Source: Candidatus Heimdallarchaeota archaeon B3_Heim (GTDB taxonomy: Archaea > Asgardarchaeota > Heimdallarchaeia > Hodarchaeales > Hodarchaeaceae). Taken from it: DNA of 32,000 bases. The stretch covers positions 1 to 32,000 of the forward strand of contig NJBF01000030.1 in the NCBI GenBank assembly GCA_003144275.1, in the 5' to 3' direction. Below, piece by piece: positions 24,624 through 32,000 of the stretch (positions are counted from its first letter, which is position 1; every line of letters starts with the position of its first letter). A program made the translations under genes and the position numbers. The notes beneath the pieces are model-generated. The model was not told the DNA's origin. It worked only from the letters and a program-made list of their open reading frames with translations, and searched no databases.

Positions 24624-26559
24624 CGATTTTTCCTTCTTTGAGAAGGGTGGAAAGAATTTGCTCGCTAGTTAACATAGGAAAATGCGCTTTTAGAATTCCA
24701 AACAGCTTATCTAGGGTAATATTATTGGACTGCTTTTCTGAATCTGCAATTACGACTTTTATTCGTCGGTACATATCATCGTCTATATTTGTTATCTCTA
24801 TTAATCGTGTCTCTCTACTATATACACCTGAGCTACCAATTTCAATTAGAATTGCTTCCAGAAAATCTTTAGATATTTGGTTTGTTATCAAATCTGTCAG
24901 TAGTTGTCTGTAGATCTGACTATTCGTTTCTTTCTTTAGCTGATGCTTTTTCATATAGTGAGAAGCTTGTTGTACTAAACCTAACAATTTTCTACAGGCC
25001 TCTGGGTATTTTTGAATGATAAATGAAAACTCAGGATAGAAATTTACTTTTTCAATGAACATTAATTCCCTTACTGAGATAGGAAATTTCGAGGATATAT
25101 CCCAAGGAGGAATAATGTTAGGGGGAAGCAGTTCGGAGTAATCTAAAGAAATAGAAACAGGAGGAGTATCAGTATCGGAATACATTCTATCTTTTCCATG
25201 GATGACTCGTAAAAATTCACTATTGTGGGTGTTAGGGTTAATTCGTCTTGTTTCTTCTGGTACACCGTTCAGAGCCTTATTCATACGTTCAACTGTTCTT
25301 GATAATGCATGAATTACACTTTTTTGAGTTCCACGGATCACGACATAACTGTCATTATTTTTTAGATTAAGTATTTCTCGGACACGGTTGCTATTCAGCC
25401 ACTGTTGAGGAGTGTCAGATTGGCTCATTTTGTCCATTGACAATCCTGTGATTAATTCTATCCGATCAAAAAGTTCTTCAGAAAATAGCTTTCCCGGTTG
25501 CACGTCTATCAAGAATATACCTTTACATTTAGGTAATCTAACAGCTAAAGCTACTTCATTCTCACCGAGATTAGTAATCGCAGAAGAGACATCAATATAA
25601 TTCGCTTGGAAATCAGATTTTTTGATTCCTCTATCTTTTAATTCTCTCATAAGATCAAGTAGCGCCAATTGGCGAGTAACCTCATGATCACAGTATTGAG
25701 GTAGATCATTTATGTCCTGAATTCCTTTTAATTCAACTCGTGCTCCACCAGTTATTGAAATGTTAACATCTTGACGAACAGACCCAATCCCTCTTCGTGC
25801 AATCCCCAACACTCTAATTCCCAGGCCAAGCAGTAATCCTATATTCTGTAAAGCAAAAGGATCGTGACAATCTAAATGATTCGTAATAATTTCTGTTAAA
25901 GGAATTCCTAACCGATCAAGATTATAATAAACAGTACGAGACGCTCTATCATGGAAATTTACTCTTCGTGCAGCATCCTCTTCTATTAATACGTTATTAA
26001 TCCTAATTTTTTTGTCTTGGAAATTTATGAATCCATCACGAGCAATAATTGTTGTACGCTGAAAACCTGTTGTGATAGAGCCATCCAAGTATTGCTTTCT
26101 GTTAAATATCACTTCATTTACTGGAGATTCACAATTTAAGAACCTTGCAAGTAAAAATCCTTTGGTTATGATATTATGACACGGTGGGAAAGGAGGTGTC
26201 TCATCCATCTCATACGTACAAATATTATCTCCAAAAGTTTCATAAATTACACGATATTGCTTTTCAAACTCTACCAGCATCCCAGCATCGAAATCTCCAA
26301 GTTCACCAAGTACAGGTCGGAAGTATCGCTCAAAATGAAAGTCACTACGAGCTGTAGAAGGTACCAGAACTGCAGGACAATGGCAAAATAATTTTCGTTC
26401 AGACTGTAATTGTGCATGTATCTCCAAACCTGCACAAAAACCTAGTTCTTCATAATTATAATTGAAAGATTTTACTGACGGGGCTTGCACTATCTGTCCT
26501 ACCCAATTTTTGTACATTTTTAATATCGGATTGCTGCTGATTACCTGTAGCAAAATCAA
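24613..26559 (-). CDS. gatE: Glu-tRNA(Gln) amidotransferase subunit E (true start may be the ATG at 26517 or GTG at 26490)
   Basis: GLEIHAQL, RKQYLDGSITTGFQRT, EEDAAR, LDRLGIPL.EI, GIGSVRQDVNISI.GGARVELKG and RMYSDTDTPP. Confidence 0.94.
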   Translation of the reverse strand: MILLQVISSNPILKMYKNWVGQIVQAPSVKSFNYNYEELGFCAGLEIHAQLQSERKLFCHCPAVLVPSTARSDFHFERYFRPVLGELGDFDAGMLVEFEKQYRVIYETFGDNICTYEMDETPPFPPCHNIITKGFLLARFLNCESPVNEVIFNRKQYLDGSITTGFQRTTIIARDGFINFQDKKIRINNVLIEEDAARRVNFHDRASRTVYYNLDRLGIPLTEIITNHLDCHDPFALQNIGLLLGLGIRVLGIARRGIGSVRQDVNISITGGARVELKGIQDINDLPQYCDHEVTRQLALLDLMRELKDRGIKKSDFQANYIDVSSAITNLGENEVALAVRLPKCKGIFLIDVQPGKLFSEELFDRIELITGLSMDKMSQSDTPQQWLNSNRVREILNLKNNDSYVVIRGTQKSVIHALSRTVERMNKALNGVPEETRRINPNTHNSEFLRVIHGKDRMYSDTDTPPVSISLDYSELLPPNIIPPWDISSKFPISVRELMFIEKVNFYPEFSFIIQKYPEACRKLLGLVQQASHYMKKHQLKKETNSQIYRQLLTDLITNQISKDFLEAILIEIGSSGVYSRETRLIEITNIDDDMYRRIKVVIADSEKQSNNITLDKLFGILKAHFPMLTSEQILSTLLKEGKIGDQ

Positions 26560-26710
26560 ACTTGGTTTTTCTGAATAAAAGCATATAAAATTAAGCTTTT
26601 AAATCCATGAATACATCCTTCAATCAGATACTTACATCTTTCAATATTTCCAATCTTTTTACTTAAGATTTACAGCATAATATGTTCTGTCTCGGGAGAT
26701 ACACTTAATA

Positions 26711-27811
26711 ATGCCCAAAAGGAAACAAAAGTTTATTCATTTAGCTTTTACAACTGCGGAATGTAGACGAATAATTAAAAAAACAGGGATAAAACGTGTA
26801 TCACAGAATGCCGCTGTAGCTTTAAATAAACTACTCACATACAAAGCTAGAGAAATAGCTGCTGGAGCAGTTGCCAGAAGTGGTGAAAGAAATGCTCAAA
26901 CTGTTTCAGCTGATGACATTACTTATGCAGTTCGTATGGGATCTCCCGTAGCAGGATATGAAGTTGATAGTGCAGCTCCTGTGGTGCATTATGTTTGGTT
27001 TATATCGTCTGCTGGTACCTGCTTGCTTTCTCGCTCATATTCTGGATTAAAATTTCCTGATACTATTTTTGCTGGTCTGGTAACTGGTATAGTTGATTTG
27101 CTGGCTGAGGTTACTGGAAGATTGCTTGATAAAATTACTACAGACGAATTAGTTATTCATATCCGTAGAATAGGAGAAATGACTGTAGCAGTTATTTGTG
27201 ATAGTGAGCAAACCGAACCCATTGATGAATTAACGGATTTACTTGCGCTTCGATTTTCAGACGTTTTTACAGAAGAAATTAACCAAGAAGTAATAGATGT
27301 GGGAATATTTGAAGATTTTACACCAGTTTTAGACGCTTTAGTTTCTGGTGCAGGATTGAACATCCCCAAAGGAAGACTGAAAGTAATAGGTGAGCAGCAA
27401 CTACGTCTTACAGATAAACAACTTGAAGAAACTGTCGATGCTGCTGCTTTAAGGCAAGAACTACGTCGTGCGCACGAATCCATCCAAGATTTTGGATTAT
27501 TCAGGAGAGAAGTGGACGAAGAAGATTTAACGACTACTGATGTTGATTTGGATTTTGATGAGTCACCAGATGTGTCTGAAATAAAAGCTGTATTACGTCA
27601 AGCGTCGAAAGATATTCGACAAGAGATAAAATCCAATGACATTCCAGAAAATCACGAACTACCAAGTACAGAACAGGTAACTTCGAAAGACATTAGAGAA
27701 GAAGTGGCGAAGGATTTATCTGAAATTATTCAGCTGGAAAGCGAAGAACAGGTGATCAAAAAACCAACAAAGAAGAAAAAGAGAAAAAAATCACGAAAAA
27801 GACGTAAATAG
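26711..27811 (+). CDS. Histone-fold + longin-like domain fusion protein with acidic tract and polybasic C-terminal tail
   Basis: Residues about 11-76 align by eye with HMf-type archaeal histones (RIIK..G..RVS..A..AL...L.....EIA..AV........TV.A.DI..A). Residues about 91-212 show the longin pattern (YVWFISSAG.CLLSRSY...IFAGLVTGI....AEV...F.DVF...IF.DF...LD.L). Confidence 0.75.
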   Translation: MPKRKQKFIHLAFTTAECRRIIKKTGIKRVSQNAAVALNKLLTYKAREIAAGAVARSGERNAQTVSADDITYAVRMGSPVAGYEVDSAAPVVHYVWFISSAGTCLLSRSYSGLKFPDTIFAGLVTGIVDLLAEVTGRLLDKITTDELVIHIRRIGEMTVAVICDSEQTEPIDELTDLLALRFSDVFTEEINQEVIDVGIFEDFTPVLDALVSGAGLNIPKGRLKVIGEQQLRLTDKQLEETVDAAALRQELRRAHESIQDFGLFRREVDEEDLTTTDVDLDFDESPDVSEIKAVLRQASKDIRQEIKSNDIPENHELPSTEQVTSKDIREEVAKDLSEIIQLESEEQVIKKPTKKKKRKKSRKRRK

Positions 27812-27823
27812 AATTCAGTACGT

Positions 27824-30451
27824 TTATAGTAATTTTTCCCACTGTTTTTGCGTAATACCATAAATTTTGAAGACAATTTCATCCATAATTCTTTGATTAT
27901 GGTTAAGGAAAGCGTGATACTTTTCAAGATCTTTTAGGAGGAATGATAGGTTCATTCTAGTAGTTTTAGAAAGAGCTGAGAACTTTTCTGGATTTTTACA
28001 GAAATGGAACAATCTTTTTTGCGAACTAAAAGGGAATACTTCAGAATTGGATTTGACTAACTTCCATATTTTCTCATAAATATTAGAAACATTGCTCCCA
28101 ATTTGTATATTTTCTTGCGTTTTAACTTCTAATTGCTTAATTCTTTGAACTTGAAGGTTTGTACTATTTTTTAAGCTAATTATTGGAAAATGATTCATAT
28201 CCCTAATTCGAATTTGTGGATATCGATTTCCTTCAGTTCCCGATGTACGAATTATATTTAACTCTTCTCCCAACCAATTCCCAAGAGCTGATGTAAGTAT
28301 CCCAACTATCAAATATGGAGAATAAGGTGTTTGGATATTATAGATTGTATGGAGATTCCTCAATCCGAAAAACCCCTTTTCATCATAATTTACAATAAAT
28401 TTTGAAGCAGTTTGACGGACTAATATTTTTGGTTCAGTAAATCTTTCTTTCTCACCTGAAATTAAAAGGACTTCTTTATTTCCAACTTTTGAACGATTCA
28501 AGTTATTCATTCGAAGATAATCTTCATAATCCTTTGAGAATCTAACGAAGGAATTTTTCATTCCTGAAACCCAAAAAGTTACAAAAGACTGTGGTAATCC
28601 ATTAGCTCCATCTATCACTCGATACATATCACTAGATAGCGTATTGGATAGAAAATGAGATTTAAGCATACTTCCATATTCCAAACCACAGGAAATCTTT
28701 GAGATGTCTCCCAATTTAATGACTACACTATTGATTTGATTAAGAATTTCACGGGTAGCCACTTTTCGGTAAATCTTTAAGATAAAATTTGGGTGATCAC
28801 TAAAATGACTTGTGGATTCAATTTTAGGGTCATAATTCAGGTTCTTTTGGCCTAAAAATGATATAGAGTCCTTTTTATGATCCTTAGAGTTTTCTAATAT
28901 TAGAATAGATAAGTCTACTACTGCTTGTTTATATTTGTAATTTTCAAGCAAGTAGATCAAAGTATACTTCTCCAATAACGTTTTACGTATTTCAATGTAC
29001 GAAGATAGATCAAGAAAGGAATGATCAATAACAAAACTCACGATCCCATCATTTAAACGTGAAGAATAGCGTAATGCTAAACCAAGAAACATAATGTAAA
29101 GATTATCACGCTTTCCCATGAATTTGGGGATCATTTGTTTGAGGATTTTCCTAATATCAGGGGGTATAACCTTTTGTGAAAATCGTCCTGATAATGGAAT
29201 ATAGGGGGGATTTGAAAGAATTAAATCATATCTAGGATGAGGAATGTTATTCTTATAATTATTGGACATATGAAGTAAGAAATTCTTTTTCTGTAAATTA
29301 TTTAAATTTTCAGGCAAATCATTAGATAGATTAAGGTACAAATTAATAATATTTTTAGAAAAATTTATGATTTTTTCATCAATGTCAAATCCAAAGAAGG
29401 AAGATAAAAATAACTCTTTTCTGAGCTTTAAAAGTGAACTAAAGTGAAGTTGATCTTCGCGTTGGAGGACTTGATTAACTAGCCATTCCAATGCTACAAT
29501 AAGAATCAATCCAGTACCAGAAGCTGGATCTAGAATCTTCAATTTCTTGATGTTGTTGATTGAGGATATCTTGCTAGTTTTTATCTTATTAAAGGAGTGA
29601 GAAACCAATGGAAACGTAAGTTCTAAAGGGGTAAAATATTGACCTCTTAATTTGTCAATATTTAGCTGTAAGGGAGGATATTCAAGTAGGTGGATTAATG
29701 TGAGATCAAGAAGATCTACATAAGATAATTCAACGACTTGTTCAATAAGAATTTTCTTTTGTAGTAAGGCTAAAAAACGTGTAATGTCGATATTAGTTGG
29801 ATGTGTATCACTCTGAAGTTCAATCATTTCAAAATCGTTTAGAGTTTGTGAGTAACTCATAAAAAAGTCATTTGGAGAAGTAAATCCTCGTAAACGATCC
29901 AATTTAGGAGTATCACCGTTTTTATGTAAACTACTTTTTCGTACAAACTCAATAATCTTTAAAAATACGCTAAAGCCATTTTGATATGATTCTAAACGAA
30001 TTTTGTCATTATAAACCTCAAGAATCCCTGGGTTAATGAAAATTGAGGCAAGAAGCAGTGACACGAGGTTTTTAGGAATAATCGACCAGCAAATAATGAA
30101 GTCGTGTGACATTGAAAAGATTAGAGTCTCATTAGTTGAAATGACAATGATCCAATCAGGAATCCCCTGAGTGATCAATTTCTTTCTAAGAAACTGAATA
30201 ATTCTCAGATTTTTATAATTAAATAATTCTTGAGCAGAAATATTCGAAATGAGAATCCCCACATGTGATTTAATCCAAAAATTACCAATATTCTTTAGAT
30301 TTTCAGATGGAAAACCGAGTAAATTATTGAAGTTCTTAGCTTCAATATTCTGAATGGTTGCATGAAATTCTGAATTTTGTTCAGAATCTGGATTCTCTTT
30401 TTCTAATATTAACTGATCCTCAATGAGTTTAATCTGTGCGTTAAGAGGCAT
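27824..30451 (-). CDS. N6-adenine DNA methyltransferase, Eco57I/TaqI-like (type IIG-like RM protein; nuclease domain uncertain)
   Basis: GQYFTP motif X, ILDPASGTG motif I, LSNPPY motif IV, DNLYIMF, and a C-terminal TaqI-like TRD (KILVRQTA...YD). Confidence 0.85.
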   Translation of the reverse strand: MPLNAQIKLIEDQLILEKENPDSEQNSEFHATIQNIEAKNFNNLLGFPSENLKNIGNFWIKSHVGILISNISAQELFNYKNLRIIQFLRKKLITQGIPDWIIVISTNETLIFSMSHDFIICWSIIPKNLVSLLLASIFINPGILEVYNDKIRLESYQNGFSVFLKIIEFVRKSSLHKNGDTPKLDRLRGFTSPNDFFMSYSQTLNDFEMIELQSDTHPTNIDITRFLALLQKKILIEQVVELSYVDLLDLTLIHLLEYPPLQLNIDKLRGQYFTPLELTFPLVSHSFNKIKTSKISSINNIKKLKILDPASGTGLILIVALEWLVNQVLQREDQLHFSSLLKLRKELFLSSFFGFDIDEKIINFSKNIINLYLNLSNDLPENLNNLQKKNFLLHMSNNYKNNIPHPRYDLILSNPPYIPLSGRFSQKVIPPDIRKILKQMIPKFMGKRDNLYIMFLGLALRYSSRLNDGIVSFVIDHSFLDLSSYIEIRKTLLEKYTLIYLLENYKYKQAVVDLSILILENSKDHKKDSISFLGQKNLNYDPKIESTSHFSDHPNFILKIYRKVATREILNQINSVVIKLGDISKISCGLEYGSMLKSHFLSNTLSSDMYRVIDGANGLPQSFVTFWVSGMKNSFVRFSKDYEDYLRMNNLNRSKVGNKEVLLISGEKERFTEPKILVRQTASKFIVNYDEKGFFGLRNLHTIYNIQTPYSPYLIVGILTSALGNWLGEELNIIRTSGTEGNRYPQIRIRDMNHFPIISLKNSTNLQVQRIKQLEVKTQENIQIGSNVSNIYEKIWKLVKSNSEVFPFSSQKRLFHFCKNPEKFSALSKTTRMNLSFLLKDLEKYHAFLNHNQRIMDEIVFKIYGITQKQWEKLL

Positions 30452-30501
30452 TGCAGGTAGAAGAGGTAGTGCAATATAAGATTTAACTAGTAAAACCTCC
30501 T

Positions 30502-31998
30502 CTAATTAGTAGATACTTCTTTTTCTGTTTCAGTTTTAATTTTAGAATAGAAATTACTCGCCAGGTTTCTTATTGTCCTATCTGAATCGTGAAGAATAAT
30601 ATGCTCTAATACAGTAAGAATTTCTGCTTGTCTCTCTTCCTCTTCTAAACCTGCTTTCCCTAGTTGTTGAATTGCATCCATTCTTATTATATAATTCTTT
30701 GAGGTACTCGCTTGCTTCAGTAAATCAATTAAAATGGACCCATTTTCATTTATACTCAATTTTTCCTCAGGGGGTATCATTAAAGGTAAATCTATCGTTA
30801 CTTGACATCCTTGGTTGAATCCTTCAGATTCAATTTCGAACAAACCACCATGATCAGTTATTACTTGTTTTGCCAAGAATACTCCTAAACCTAGTTGACT
30901 GGCGGATGAGTGGAATGTCATGAAGGGTTCCCCTATATATTGTAGGTTCTCCTGATTAATTCCAACACCTGTATCCTTACAGGTTAATCTAATTATTTTA
31001 TCTTTTTCAATGTTTAATGCAATTTCCACTGTACCATGACCCGTAAATCTTATCGCATTTTCAAAAATATTCCTTAAAGCTTGTAACATGCGTATACGAT
31101 CGACATTGATAACAAAAGGCGTTGTCGGGTATTCAATAACCAAGTGAACTCGGTATCGTTTCAAAATAAATTCAAGTCCGTCAATTGCTTGTTGAACAAT
31201 TGGCACAAAATCCTCTAACATAAGTGTACATTTAAATTTACCCATTCTGACTGCAGCAATGTCATTTAAATCGTTGACAATGGTTTCTAATTGTGAAAGA
31301 TTTCGTCCAAACGCAGTTAACAGATTATTTTCCAATATCCCTTTTTCATCATCTGTAATACCATTTACTAATCGTGAATTGTAAAAATCCAGATGCCCAC
31401 GAAGATTGCTTATCGGTGTTCGAAGTGTATGCTGGGAAAGTGTAAGAAAGTCGAATTTCATATCTGTTAACTGTTTGACAGGAGTTAAATCTACCATAAT
31501 TCCTTGTACTATTGCGGTATTCCCAATATATAGTTTTTTAACGCTAGCCATGACAGGTATCCGAGTACCATCTTTACACAGTAATTCTAGCTCTGTTGTT
31601 TCATAAGGAGAAACAAACTGTGTATCAATCGTATCTTCATCGATTTTTCCTGTAATTAAATCTCTTTTTGTTTCTAACAAATAAGCAGCAATTTTAGCTC
31701 TGTGTTCGGGAGAAACGAAAAATGTAGGGAGGAACTTCCTCTCTTCAATCTCCTCTTCAGTATATCCTAATTTTTCAATGAATGCTTGACTATACCAATC
31801 GATTATCCCATTCTTGAAGATAAAGAGGAAGTTAGGAGATTTACTAAATAAATCGTGAAATTGTTTTTGTTGTGAATCGAGATCAGCTCTTATTTGCATA
31901 AGCTTCCCAATATGCCGTATAAGGAGTAGGTCATATCTTTCACTAATAGACGAAACTCTTACTTGAATCCAAGTCGTACTACCGTCTGGTAATAGTGC
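30502..31998 (-). CDS. Multi-PAS sensor histidine kinase with C-terminal HEAT-like helical repeat, 5'-partial
   Basis: The frame stays open from the ATG at 31899 to the window end and reads ALLPDGSTTWIQVRV (PAC-like). PAS/PAC (CKDGTRIPV), H-box QHTLRTP, N-box NIFENAIRFT, G1 DTGVGI and G2 LGLG are present. Confidence 0.9.
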   Translation of the reverse strand, partial: ALLPDGSTTWIQVRVSSISERYDLLLIRHIGKLMQIRADLDSQQKQFHDLFSKSPNFLFIFKNGIIDWYSQAFIEKLGYTEEEIEERKFLPTFFVSPEHRAKIAAYLLETKRDLITGKIDEDTIDTQFVSPYETTELELLCKDGTRIPVMASVKKLYIGNTAIVQGIMVDLTPVKQLTDMKFDFLTLSQHTLRTPISNLRGHLDFYNSRLVNGITDDEKGILENNLLTAFGRNLSQLETIVNDLNDIAAVRMGKFKCTLMLEDFVPIVQQAIDGLEFILKRYRVHLVIEYPTTPFVINVDRIRMLQALRNIFENAIRFTGHGTVEIALNIEKDKIIRLTCKDTGVGINQENLQYIGEPFMTFHSSASQLGLGVFLAKQVITDHGGLFEIESEGFNQGCQVTIDLPLMIPPEEKLSINENGSILIDLLKQASTSKNYIIRMDAIQQLGKAGLEEEERQAEILTVLEHIILHDSDRTIRNLASNFYSKIKTETEKEVSTN

Positions 31999-32000
31999 TT

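Noticed and set aside
19373-26559. Apparent 'gatB-gatC-gatD-gatE' cluster
   Set aside because: Naming coincidence: the PTS galactitol-family IIB/IIC genes are unrelated to Glu-tRNA(Gln) amidotransferase GatD/GatE, lie on opposite strands and are separated by a tnpB element.
1790-31606. Numerous short antisense or alternate-frame ORFs in the ORF track (e.g. 1790-2176, 4844-5338, 5354-5797, 19336-19803, 27157-27483)
   Set aside because: They are fully nested in well-supported genes and lack motifs; typical shadow ORFs.
1-32000. CRISPR array or cas genes associated with the TnpBs
   Set aside because: No regularly spaced direct repeats or cas genes were seen.

Overview
AT-rich archaeal chromosomal segment, most likely from an Asgard archaeon and probably Heimdallarchaeia. 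This is inferred from gatDE, type II MetAP, an archaeal histone fold, a longin domain and a CTERM-like anchor; no database search was possible. Contents in order: a 5'-truncated IS607-type tnpB; a transport and hydrolase block (two MFS transporters, MetAP, DUF1028, secernin-like C69 peptidase, GDPD, alpha/beta hydrolase); an OLD-family ATPase-TOPRIM nuclease; a second, unrelated tnpB with a rearranged RuvC site, bounded by 24-bp imperfect inverted repeats; a secreted, membrane-anchored protein; proline dehydrogenase, DUF599 and LysE; a sugar locus (AbrB-PhoU regulator, DegT-type aminotransferase, DeoC aldolase, galactitol-family PTS IIC and IIB); a full paralogous IS607-type tnpB element; gatE-gatD; a histone-fold + longin fusion protein with an acidic tract and polybasic tail; an N6-adenine methyltransferase (type IIG-like); and a multi-PAS histidine kinase with a HEAT-like tail that runs off the window end. 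The strongest candidates for something new are the histone-longin fusion, the PTS/aminotransferase/aldolase pathway and the IR-bounded rearranged-site TnpB. No rRNA, tRNA or CRISPR array was seen.
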